This document shows, piece after piece, positions 1-12,212 of a stretch of 64,000 bases of DNA; position 1 is the first letter of the stretch, and the number at the start of each line of letters is the position of its first letter. A program made the position numbers and the translations under genes. The stretch is from Octopus sinensis (lineage: Eukaryota): NCBI RefSeq assembly GCF_006345805.1, contig NC_043013.1:22940001-23004000 (forward strand), given 5' to 3'. Below the pieces are notes generated by a model. It worked only from the letters and a program-made list of their open reading frames with translations. It was not told the DNA's origin and ran no database searches.

Positions 1-19
1 AAAGCAATATTTATATATT

Positions 20-440
20 AGGGATGTTTCGGGTTAAGCTTTATGAGTGCAGTTCTTAAAACAAAATATGTTCCTGTAGACAAAAAACATATATTCGAGT
101 GTATATGCGTCGTATATATGCTTCGCCTGATTTGTTCAGCTATTTCGGTTCATTCGCTTCAGAGAAGAAAACTTCGTCTCGCTCCTGCCTACGAATTGTG
201 TGCGTCAGACAAACTACTGCTGTGTACGTATGTTTAAATTCCTTGTATTCATCGATGTCTGGAGCGATTTTTATGTAATTATTTAAAATATATACCAGTC
301 CAGACTTGTGTACTTCCCTGTAATATTTCAATTTACAAATGTTTCCATATATACAAAGCTCGAGACTGTCTACATTGCTGGAATACAAAGCAGTCACGTG
401 ACAAATTCATTTTTATAGATCGAAAAGACATTGTGTTGCA
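20..440 (-). pseudogene. Possible highly degraded Penelope-like GIY-YIG endonuclease region
   Basis: Minus strand with frameshifts gives QFVGRSET..L.RMN then EQIRRSIY, resembling the YVGET..L..RM..HRQQIR motif. Same strand as the RT fragment at 2413-2700. Confidence 0.3.
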
Positions 441-501
441 GTTTTACGTGCTCTAACTTATGATATATACTTGTGTATATACACACACACACACACACAT
501 A

Positions 502-1685
502 CATCACCTCGATGATGGTGATGCTGTTGACATCGTTTTATTGGACTTTGCCAAAGCTTTTGACTCGGTAAACCACCGCCTATTACTTGTCAAGCTTCAA
601 GCATATAGTTTCCATCCAGATATTGTACGATGGGTTGGTGCCTTCCTCTCAGATCGCTCCTTCCAAGTCCAAGTTAATGGTTCGCTGTCCGACGTCTCCA
701 GTGCGTACAGTGGCGTGCCTCAAGGTTCAGTGCTTGGGCCCTTATTGTTCTTTGTCTTCATAAATGACTTGCCCTACGACCTCACGCAACACACCCTTCT
801 ATTTGCCGATGATGTCAAACTGGTCGCTCCTCGCGGTGATATAGAGGATCTTTGTCGGTGCCTCCACCAAGTTTGGAGATGGTCTAACGAATGGGACCTG
901 TGTCTGAACGTGTCAAAGTGCTGTCATCTGCCTGTTGTCTCTTCTCCTGCAACTCAACTTGATTTCGAGCCGGGTCGTCTGCTGCTGGAGAGGACCGACC
1001 AGGTAAAGGACCTGGGTATCTTGGTGGATTCTTCCTTTTCGCCTTCGGCCCAGTGCGTCTATGCTGCCAACAAAGCACGCGGAGTTCTGTTTTTGATTCG
1101 ACGGTCATTCGCGATGCTCACAGCAGCCATATTCCTACCGCTCTATGTCACGCTGGTGAGACCCATATTGGAGTACGGGATTCAAACCTCTTCTCCTTAT
1201 CTCCTCAAAGACATACAGCATCTCCAGAAGCTGGCTACCCGCATGGTTCTTGGTCTCAAGCATTTGTCTTATGAAGAAAGGCTGAAGACGCTCGACCTTT
1301 ATTCTCTAGAAAAACGACGACGCCGTGGTGATCTCATTCTTGCTCACAACATCATAAGCGGAAAGTGTAATCTCTCGAAAGAGCTGTTCTTCACTCCTGC
1401 TCCAGAGCGTCGGCTGCGGGGTCACTCCGAAAAGCTCTATCTGGGACGATTTCATCTCAATCGAAGGAGAGGAGCTTTCTCCGTCCGGGTTGCGGATCTG
1501 TGGAATAAGCTGCCGGACGAGATAGTGAAGATGCCGACGACCGCTCGGTTCAAAGTCTCCCTTGACCACAAATGGCCTGAACTCTTTGCATGATCACCAC
1601 CCTGTACATAACTCCATGTCCCCCTACATGGCCTTGCTTTTTGCTTTTTGAGCCAAAAAATTAACTAACTAACTAACTAACTAAC
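502..1685 (+). mobile_element. 5'-truncated CR1-clade LINE (RT and C-terminus, 3'UTR, (TAAC)n tail)
   Basis: Uninterrupted frame LDFAKAFDSV, GVPQGSVLGP, LFADD, KDLGI, LRGH, FSVRVADLWNKLP to a stop at 1593; (TAAC)6 at 1662-1685. The first ~14 aa of ORF 460..1593 come from the flanking CA repeat region. Confidence 0.92.
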
Positions 1686-1727
1686 ATACATACATACACA
1701 TACATACATACATACATACACACACAA

Positions 1728-2412
1728 AGAGTGACTGCATTATCACCGATAAAATGCAGTATGACACAGGCATATTCCAAGGGGACAGCCTCTCTGTGAT
1801 GTTGTTAATACTCTCTGTAAACCCCTTGTCATTCATGTTAAGGAAGTCTGAAGGATGTCTCACTGGTTCACAAGGAAATAGAAATACCAAAATCACACGC
1901 TGCTTCTTTGTGGATGACGTAAAACTTTATGCAAAGAATATTCATGAGATGAAAACGAGCCTTGACCTAGTTACTACATTCTCAAGGGATGTAGGGTTGG
2001 AGTTTCGTCAGAATAAAAGTTGTTATATGGTTGTGAAAAGAGGGATAACTCTAAACCAGACTAGTAACATCTCCATCAATAATCTGACTGTTTCCCTTGT
2101 ATCTGACGAGAAACGTTACAGGTATCTAGGGGTGGATGAAAATATACCTTACAATGGCACCTGTAACAAAACACGTGTCACTAAAGAATATCACAACCGA
2201 ATAAGAAAATTTGGACCTCAGAACTCTCTACATTCAATACATCAGTGGCCCACAATCTGTTTGCAGTGCCAGTACTCATACCAACATTTGGGCTGCTTGA
2301 GTGGATGCTTGATGAGATCCCAGCGTTTGATGTGAAAACCCGAAAAATACAAACAAGCACACATAATTTCCACATAAACAGTTACATAGACCGCCTCTAC
2401 CTAAAATGAAAA
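1728..2412 (+). mobile_element. R4/Dong-clade non-LTR retrotransposon RT fragment (frameshifted)
   Basis: GIFQGDSLS, FFVDDVKLY, YRYLGVDE in ORF 1754..2335; continues in another frame to DRLYLK. Confidence 0.85.
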
Positions 2413-2700
2413 CGAAATAAGCGAATAGTGTTGTTTATATTATTAATTAGAGCGTGGAAATGATTAGATTATTCCAGACTCTGTCTCCAACAAACGAGAC
2501 AGTCATTCAAATATCGTTTCCAATATTGTAATAAGTATTTGTAGAAATTAATGCCATACATTAGTTTAGATCTTTCATTTTTCTGAATTTCTTGCGATGC
2601 AATGACTTGACTTGCATAAGTAGGAGCAACCATCGTCACCATAGCGGTCCCACATATGTTTCCGCACGTGCAGTCATTGAATTGGAAAATAAATTCTGTT
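2413..2700 (-). mobile_element. Penelope-like element reverse transcriptase fragment
   Basis: Manual minus-strand translation GTAMVTMVAPTYA...YWKRYLNDCLVCW matches PLE motifs GTAMGT..APTYA and W.RY(I/L)DD...W. Confidence 0.7.
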
Positions 2701-2917
2701 GTATAAATTTTATTCCTACACTAGTTAGTGGTTTTTGTATTCACACTGGGATTTCAATGGGGAATTTAGTGCGTACATACACACACACACACACACAGAA
2801 AATATGCATGTATATATATAAATATTAGCTAAACTGGCAACATGATCATCCCCAAATACAACAATATATATACATATATATATATATGTATATATATACA
2901 CACACACACCACATATA

Positions 2918-2966
<49 letters not shown>

Positions 2967-3552
2967 GAGAGAGATTTATAATATACAATATATATATATA
3001 GACATATATAGATATACATATGTGTCGTAGGTATATGTATACCCATATGTATAAATGCAGTTTTTGATTTTATATATTCATATGTGTGTTTGTCCTTATG
3101 TGGAGAGAGAGAGAGATTGAGATGCACAGACAGAGACACAGAGAGATGCATGCATATGTGCATGGATGTATGTGTATTTCACCTTCAAGAGGTCTATGTC
3201 ACCGATTAGACCAGACCGCGTTCCCAACTAATTCCTCTCGAATGCCTGTCTGACTTAAACTCAACTCAATTTCATATCAAACGAATGTGTAGTAAGATAC
3301 ATTATGTACTCGTGTATATATTACAACTCGTAGATGTTAATTTGTGTGTGTGTGTGTGTGTGTGTGAATCAATTTGAGCGTATTAAAACTAGTCTAAACA
3401 TTGCTAGGCATTGTGCCTTTATACACAATAGCTTCTTATCGATAAAAGTTCAGAAGACGGATGTATATTTGAGAGTGAATCAGATGCAGACTCTACGTGG
3501 TCTGACTAGTGACGTAGTTTTCTTCAAAGTGAAGCACACACACACACACACA

Positions 3553-3590
<38 letters not shown>

Positions 3591-3959
3591 ACACACACAC
3601 ATACACACACACACATACACACACACGTGCACACGCGATCACACATTCACGCACACAGTCATACAAGCACATACTAACAGTATTATTCACGTACACGCCT
3701 ACGACAACCACAAGTACTTGCGCTATGATTTCGTTCATCCCATTACCATAGCAACACACACACACACACACATACACACCACACACACACACAACTGTGG
3801 GATCCGGTCAGTAAATTGATCGCTTTCGATAAATTTAGCTTCTCCTTGCTTCCCGTGGTGCGCTCTTTGTTCGTTTAATGATCAAGCAATAATTTTAACT
3901 CTCCCATGAGTCAAGGTCACGCTTTCCTACCAACATACTGGCCTTCATACGATTAAGAT

Positions 3960-4304
3960 GGCCATAAATATATGTAAGCATATGTATATATGTAAGCATA
4001 TGTATATATGTAAGCATATGTATATATGTACACATACATACATACATACATACATACATACATGCATACATATATGCATACATACATACATACATGCATG
4101 CATGCATACATACATATATGCATACATGTATGCATGCATACTTATATGCATACATACATACATACATACATACATACATACATACATACATACATACATG
4201 CATACAAGCACACATACATACGTAAAAATACAAATAGTTATATAAACAAATGCATAGAAAGAATGAGTGTATGTATGAACTTTATATATATATATATATA
4301 TATA

Positions 4305-4368
<64 letters not shown>

Positions 4369-4688
4369 TATATATACACAGCTCATACACACACTCATTT
4401 CTGTCTTTGCAATTATGTATATAGTTATCTACATTTTTATTTATGTATGTATGTAAGTATGTATGTATGTATATATGTATGTATATACATATATGCGTAT
4501 GTATGTATGTATGTTGTATGTGTGGATGTATGTGGGTATATATGTATACCTGTTTTCGAACTGACGATCAATCTTTATTTTTCCTGTGTGCATTGTTTAC
4601 GTTTGTCTTTGTTTTTGTATTTTTGTTGTTTCTCAGAAAATCTAAACATTGTCGAGTACAAAATAACAACAAGCACCAGGGATTATTA

Positions 4689-4722
<34 letters not shown>

Positions 4723-4770
4723 CATTATTACTATTATTATTATCATTATTACTATTATTATTATTATTAC

Positions 4771-4806
<36 letters not shown>

Positions 4807-4823
4807 CATCATCATCATCATCA

Positions 4824-4873
<50 letters not shown>

Positions 4874-4923
4874 GTTGTTGTTATTGTTATTATTATTATT
4901 TTATCATCATCATCATCATCATT

Positions 4924-4962
<39 letters not shown>

Positions 4963-5190
4963 GATTTCAAGTTTGTAGAAAGCATTAATCAAGTCGTTGA
5001 TTTGTGTCTGTATACACAATAAATACATCATATATATGTATGGGTGATGTATGTATGAATGTATGAAGTATGTATTATGATGTATGTATGTATGTATGAT
5101 GTATGTATGTATGTATGTATGTATGTATGTATGTATGTATGTATGTATGCATGCATGCATGTATGTATGTATGTATGTATACATATGTAA
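3960..5190. repeat. Compound microsatellite block: (CATA)n, (TA)n, (TATG)n, (TAT/CAT)n
   Basis: Directly visible tandem repeats. Confidence 0.95.
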
Positions 5191-5264
5191 ATTATGTATG
5201 CATAACACAACGGAAAGCACACTGACACATGCATGCGTATATCTATGTATAAGTATATATAAAT

Positions 5265-5478
5265 GGGTTTTAAATTTTGTCACAAGGCCAATTATTTCGG
5301 GGGAGTGGGGGGGGGGGCTAATCGATTACATCGCCGTCCACTGCTCAAGTGGTACTTATGTTATCGACATTGAAAGGCAAAATCGACCTCAGCGGAATTT
5401 AAGCCCAGAACGTAAAGACAGACGAAATACCGCTAAGTACTTTGTCCGGCGTGCTAATCATTCTGCCTGCTCGCCGCC
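5265..5478 (-). mobile_element. tRNA-derived SINE family A, diverged copy
   Basis: Reverse complement of the GGCGGCGAG..GGCAGAA head and GCCTTTCA..GTCGAT core. Confidence 0.75.
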
Positions 5479-5512
5479 ATATATATATATATATATATAT
5501 ATTCACATACTC

Positions 5513-5886
5513 GTGGCACTCCGTCGGCTGCGACGACGAGGGTTCCAGTTGATCCGATCAACTGTTTGTGAGATTAGCGTGCAAGTGGTTGAGCATTCCA
5601 CAGACACGTGGACCCTTGATGTAGGTCTCAGGGAGATTCAGCATGACACACAGTGTGACAGGGCTGGCCCTTTGAAATACAGGTGCCACAGAAACAGGAA
5701 GAAAGAGTGAGAGAAAGTTGTGGGGAAAGAGTACAGCAGGGTTCGCCACCACCACCACCACCCTCCCGCCTGAGCCCCGTGGAGCTTTAGGTGTTTTTGC
5801 TCAATAAACATTCACAACGCCGTGGGAATCGAAACCGCGATCCTACGACCCCGAGTCCGCTACCCTAACCACTGGACCATTGCGCC
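5513..5886 (-). mobile_element. tRNA-derived SINE family B
   Basis: Aligns by eye with 14313-14698 and 52849-53228; A-box TGGTCCAGTGG and B-box GGTTTCGATTCCC on the minus strand. Confidence 0.85.
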
Positions 5887-5982
5887 ACACACACACATAT
5901 ACATACATAGAGAGAGAGGGGAGATACATACATACATACACAAAACAACAGAGAAATAAGTACATTTTATAAAACTGATATC

Positions 5983-6027
<45 letters not shown>

Positions 6028-6028
<1 letters not shown>

Positions 6029-6226
6029 GATTCAAATTTTGGCATAAGCCAGCAATTTCGGAGGAGGGGATAATTCGATTAAATCTACTCTAATGCTTAA
6101 CTGGAACTTGTTTAATCTCCGCCGAAGGGATGAAAGACAAAGCCGACGCCAACCGCATCTGAACTTAGAACGCAGACTCAGAAGAAATGCCAATCCCTGG
6201 TAACCATTCTGTCAGTTCGCCGCCTT
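6028..6226 (-). mobile_element. SINE family A, diverged copy next to (AAT)n
   Basis: Degenerate match to family A head and tail. Confidence 0.65.
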
Positions 6227-6871
6227 ATCAATAAAAAAAAAAACTAATAATTATAAATAAACAAACGGCTGATATTTGATAGTAGTTATATTAAGATTTG
6301 ATACGATATTGTATCGCTGGTGCTTGTAATGTTATCCTTCATAAAGTGACAGTAGATTTATCATGGAATAAAAACGATTTTAGGTTTTCTAAAAGACTGA
6401 AAAACAAGTGCAAGGTAAATTAGAAAAAAAACAAAAAAGCAAAGAGATTAACATTCAATTGTAAACCATTTCATATCCCAGGCTTCTCATTTCAGGCTAT
6501 TTCATATTTTATTTCCTCATTCATTTTCTTGTTAAGCTCGCCAGAGTATTGACTCGAAATAGTTTCTTGGCCAGAGGGCAGAATAATTCCTATGTGATTT
6601 TCCTTGGAGAATTACTCGAAACAATGAACTTTGAACGATCTATTTCTGCCAAACATAGTGAAATACAATGCTCCAGATTTATACAGAGACGCTTAACGCC
6701 GGTTTGATACAAGAGGCTTTTCCAAGAGTTGCTGGAAGAGTGTAAGGAAATATATGTACGTACACACACACATTCACACACACGCACAGACACTCGCACA
6801 TACACTTGTGTGTATGTGTGTGTGCGCTCGCGCGTGTATAGATATAACAATTTCATTCTTTTCTAATAATT

Positions 6872-6971
6872 NNNNNNNNNNNNNNNNNNNNNNNNNNNNN
6901 NNNNNNNNNNNNNNNNNNNNNNNNNNNNNNNNNNNNNNNNNNNNNNNNNNNNNNNNNNNNNNNNNNNNNNN
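6872..6971. other. Assembly gap (100 N)
   Basis: Run of N. Confidence 1.
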
Positions 6972-7149
6972 TAAGACGGTGAACTGCGAGAATCGCTACC
7001 GCGCCGAACAAAGTACTTAACGACATTTCGTCCGTCTTTACCTCCTGCGTTGAGGTCCATTTTTGCTTTCATCCTTTCGGGATCAATAAAATAAGTACCA
7101 GTGGAACACTGGGGGGGGGGCGATGCAATCACCCGAAATTGTGTTTTGT

Positions 7150-7349
7150 ATTCTTTTATTCTTTTACTTGTTTCAGTCATTTTGACTGCGGCCATGCTGG
7201 AGCACTGCCTTTAGTCGAGCAAATCGACCCCAGCACTTATTCTTTGTAAGCCTAGTACTTATTCTATCAGTCTCTTTTGCCGAACCGTTAAGTCACGGGG
7301 ACGTAAACACACCAGCATCGGATGTCAAGAGATGTTGGAGGACACACAA

Positions 7350-7384
<35 letters not shown>

Positions 7385-7555
7385 CATATACGACGGACTT
7401 CTTTCAGTTTCCATCTACCAAATCCACTCACAAGGCTTTAGTCGGCCCGAGGCTATAATAGAAGACACTTGCCCAGGGTGCCACGCAATGGGACTGAACC
7501 CGGAACCATATGGTTGGTAAGCAAGTTACTTACTACACAGCCACTCCTGCGCCTA
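7150..7555 (-). mobile_element. tRNA-derived SINE family C (CORE-like) with internal microsatellite
   Basis: Reverse complement of the 29991-30392 copy; head GGCGCAGGAGTGGCTGTG, B-box GGGTTCAGTCCC, CORE-like CC(T/C)TGGGCAAGT. Confidence 0.85.
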
Positions 7556-7727
7556 TACTGAAAATAAGACATTTCTTTCGACTGTGTTTGTCTTACACAC
7601 ACTGAGCATACACACATACACACACTCGTACACAAATAAACGCACATACGCACACACAGAGACATACATATATACATGCAACTTCCGTTAATATTTGTTG
7701 TTTTAGGCATTAAGATAAATGTGTGTG

Positions 7728-7758
<31 letters not shown>

Positions 7759-7773
7759 CGCGCGCGCGCGCGC

Positions 7774-7808
<35 letters not shown>

Positions 7809-8331
7809 CGCGCGCGCATGTTCGTTTTGAGAGACAGAAAGGATGACGAGTGAGAGGGAGGGAGCAAAGAGAGACAGAGAGACAGAGAGAGACGAGAGAA
7901 CAGATAAACGTACGAACGAAACAAAGGAACAATGAGTACGGATCTGGGAGGTCATGGATTTGTATGCACAGTTTAACCCAGCGATTCATGGCACGACATT
8001 TTCTAAACGAGAGAGACAAGATTAACTGTACGGACATTTGCTAGCAAAATGTAGAACTACGGAGGGAAATAAAAGTACATTAATTAATTGCGTTTTCCGT
8101 CTCTCTAATAAGGCCCTTAGCATCTTCATGATATCAGAATAACACCCCGCCCCACGTCTCAGTAATTATAGAAGCAGTTACCTCTCCATCTTCGGCGTTG
8201 TGTTCTTTGCCCTTTGACAGCGCTAAAGGAAGTATGTAGCGGTTAATATAGGCATACGTACGAACGAAAAGAAAAGACTACACGGCACCTACCGAAGAAC
8301 CAAAATATCGCTATTAACAGCTTGGCGTTGT

Positions 8332-8864
8332 AAAGGCGGCGAGCTGGCAGAACCGTTAGCACGCAGGGCGAAATGCGTAGCCGTATTTCGTCTGCCGTTG
8401 TTACGTTCTGAGTTCAAATTCCGCCGAGGTCGACTTTGCCTTTCATCCTTTCGGGGTCGATAAATTGAGTACCAGTTACGCACTGGGGTCGATATAATCG
8501 ACTTAATCCGTCTGTCTGTACTTGTTTGTCCCCTCTGTGTTTAGCCCCTTGTGGGTAGTAAAGAAATAGGTATTTCGTCTGCCGTTATGTTCTGAGTTCA
8601 AATTCCGCCGAGGCCGACTTTGCCTTTCATCCTTTTGGGGTCGATAAATAAAGTACCAGTTTCGCACTGGGGTCGATGTAATCGACTTAATCCGTTTGTC
8701 TGTCCTTGTTTGTCCCCTCTATGTTTAGCCTTTCATTCTTTTGGGGTCGATAAATTAAGTACCAGTTTCGCACTGGGGTCGATGTAATCGACTTAATCCG
8801 TTTGTCTGTCCTTGTTTGTCCCCTCTATGTTTAGCCCCTTGTGGGCAGTAAAGAAATATGTTTT
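8332..8864 (+). mobile_element. SINE family A multimer (head plus ~2.7 body units) with 15-bp TSD
   Basis: A-box-like GAGCTGGCAGAA, B-box GAGTTCAAATTCC, core GCCTTTCATCCTTTCGGGGTCGATAAAT..GTACCAG (recalled as Meta/MESC-like). TSD ACAGCTTGGCGTTGT at 8317-8331 and 8865-8879. Confidence 0.9.
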
Positions 8865-9171
8865 ACAGCTTGGCGTTGTGATGCCTCACTTAATGTCTCA
8901 CAGACGAGGGAAAGTACCTTGATGTTTTTTAACAATGTGTTTATTCATAACTTACTCCTGTGCAACATAAACTTAGAAGATTGCCTGAACCAACTTCTTT
9001 GTTAGATATAATATTGAAGTTAAAAGCCGACGTTGTATCATGCCTCTGCCACCAAATCTGTGCGTTTCACGTTTTCTAGTGGATTGATTTTCCGTCATTG
9101 TACTTCACTTGTATAAAGATAGACAGGACCGAAGTTATTTTCGTCTTCATCACTCTCTCTCTCTCCCTCTC

Positions 9172-9217
<46 letters not shown>

Positions 9218-9487
9218 TAGTGAAGGCGTACGAATGCTCAGGATTTCTTTGCGCCCTGCAGGTAGATGTAATTTAACTCATGTCCTGGAAGCTAATTACA
9301 TTTCTTTACTAATATCATGTGTTTCATAACCAACGCATCAACCTTAGTAATTGCTTCTTTATCTATTTCGACATATATATAAATACATATATACATATAT
9401 ACATATGTATGCATGTAAGTATATATAATATATATATATATATGTATATATATATATGTGTGTGTGTGTGGTATGTGTAAGTATATA

Positions 9488-9536
<49 letters not shown>

Positions 9537-10605
9537 ATATATATACACATATACATATGTCTATTTGTGTGGATATACATATGTATCTGTAAAGTTTTAT
9601 TTATAAAATAATAAAAGCACCGTTTTTACAAAGTTACACACATTTTCCATTTGTTAAAATTTCATTTGCGTCGAAATGTATTTTGATCAGCATCTTTTGA
9701 ATCTAGCTTTATCTGTAAATAGCCGCAAGAAAATCTCCTCTGGGTGCGCACTCTGGTCTGTATATGTTGGCAGTTGGCCATATATTTATATTTTCATAAA
9801 TCACTCCGTTGTTAATAGCTCGTTGTCATGAGACGTAAATTTAGAAAGTTGACACTGAACCGACAACCAAATAAACAAGAGAAACCGATGCCGTGCCAGG
9901 CTTTTAACCAGGAAATCCAAAGATTTTAAAAGGGAAATATTCATCTCTACACTTGAACCTTTTTCGCTTACTCAGGACTAACAAAGTGCATGTTACCTTC
10001 CTTTTCTCAACTCCGTGTATTGGGCTCCAGATAGAATTCGCATCAATATTCCCAATCTATTTTTTAACACATATTCATCTATTGTTCGTGCAAGTTTTTG
10101 GAAATATATATTCATTTGTAGTATTCGTTAGTTTTCTCCATTACGTAAACTAATATTAACATCGTCATTTCATTTGATTTGTGTCTGGAGAACATGCTTT
10201 CATCCGTCTGCCTACTTCTATAAATGTCTGTGTGTACATGCACACTTTATCCACACAGGCACAATCAAACCAACCCACAGAACACACACACACACACACA
10301 TACACACACGTGTGTGTGTGTGTGTGTGTATGTGTGCGTGTGGGGGTGGTAGCTGTGCGTGAGAACGGCTAAATGTTTGTTTCCCTCCATTTGTTTGACC
10401 TTTCGTGATCAAAAGTATCTGTCAGCTTCAGGTAGTGGCTTTGATTTTTATGTCCAAAGTGCATTAGCAGAACACACGCACACAACACTCAAGCACACAT
10501 ACATAATATATACATACATGCATGTGTATATGTATGTATGTATGTATATGTATGTATGTATGTATGTATGTTGTATGTATGTATATATATATATATATAT
10601 ATAGA

Positions 10606-10665
<60 letters not shown>

Positions 10666-11204
10666 ATATACACATATATACCTATATGCAAACGTTTTTA
10701 TATACATATACATATATACACATATGTATTATACATGAATATTAAAAACAAATTGAGCGTGGGCTTATGTATGTACGGAATTTGTTTACAAAATGTCCAC
10801 GTTCTAAGCTTCTAAAGTAATCCAAGAATTCTCTAATTCCAAAAACTGTGATGTGCACCAAAAACATTTTAGTAAATGACGTAAGCGTTTGCTTACGTCA
10901 CTCCTTGCATGACCTGTTTATATTACATTCCAGAACTCAAACTAATAAGTGTGCCTCTGTGTGGCAGTCCGACTTGCTAGAAATAGGAACCAAATTTCCC
11001 CTTAAATTTCACCCTGTCGATCTGTAAAGAAAAGTACATATGATTTAATGTAAATGTTCGTAGCAAAAACGAATGGTTATGTCTTTAAGCATAAGCTGAT
11101 CTGACGACAACAACGCCATCAAGATCAACAACACTAGGAGATCAAGGCTAGGAAACTTTTCCTAGTCTTGATCTACGAGAATTTATAGTGAAATTTACCT
11201 GAAA

Positions 11205-11360
11205 TAAAAACATTATTTACATTATTTACATTTGACGGATATTTGTCCTCATCTTGTTGTTAACACGTTTCGGCTGATATACCCTCCAGCCTTCATCAGG
11301 TGTCTTGGGGGAAATTTCGAACCTGGGTTCTCCTTTCTAAGGTATATTTTCGATGTTATT
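11205..11360 (-). mobile_element. Penelope-like 3' terminal remnant with degenerate hammerhead core
   Basis: Minus strand GACAC-CTGATGA-A-GGCTG(loop)CAGCC-GAAAC-GTGTT at 11262-11304. Confidence 0.55.
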
Positions 11361-11361
11361 A

Positions 11362-11427
<66 letters not shown>

Positions 11428-11684
11428 CATTCCATATTTGACCTTTGCTTTACATTTGCACAAGCTGACTCCAAGTCTCACCAAGAGACCTCAAGGGACA
11501 ACAGGTTGAAAGTTCGTGTTGGTGTTATGCCTAGGGTGCCATATATTTGGTTTTGTATTTAGTGTTGTACTAGTGAATACCTAAAAAAACCATACGAAAA
11601 TTATGTTTGTCTTATTATTATTATTATTATTATTATTATTCTTATTATTATTATTGGTGGTGGTGGTGGTGGTGGTGGTGGTGG

Positions 11685-11715
<31 letters not shown>

Positions 11716-11844
11716 GGTATTTTTGATTGATTACAGGTCAGCTCCAGATGAGCAGACCTGTCACCAATGCCGCCTTAATGCACGGCTAAACTGCGCAGGA
11801 ATTGCTCAGAGACGCAAAGGATCCTAGGGACCCAAAGAATCTAC

Positions 11845-12188
11845 AATCTGACCACCCCCATACTGCAACCCCCTTGGTTATTATGTGTGGCGCGCAGCTG
11901 AGCAAGTGACTAACAAAACTCTTTGCAACATCAAAGACAAACTGAAGGTAAGGATTATGGCGGTATTCACCAACTTAAACAAGGAGACCGTCCAGAAGAG
12001 TTGCAGTAGATTCTGAAATCGTCTGAAGATTGTGGTAGAAGCCAATGGTGATTTTATTGAATAAATTTACTCTTTAGCATTTCAAGATATTTTAAATGTA
12101 ACTTTGGTAAATGTATCTGTTAAAATGAGATGTCAGTGTTATTTTCATTTTTGCGTAATTTCGACGACAGTTTATTCACTGCACCCTG
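11845..12188 (+). mobile_element. Tc1/mariner-superfamily (maT/DD37D-like) transposase C-terminus and 3' TIR
   Basis: Translates CNPLGYYVW...TNKT...RF*NRLKIVVEANGDFIE*; ends ...TTCACTGCACCCTG followed by TA. Confidence 0.75.
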
Positions 12189-12212
12189 TATATATATATA
12201 TATATATATATA

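Noticed and set aside
884-1569. Alternative-frame and antisense ORFs inside the CR1
   Set aside because: Shadow ORFs of the RT reading frame.
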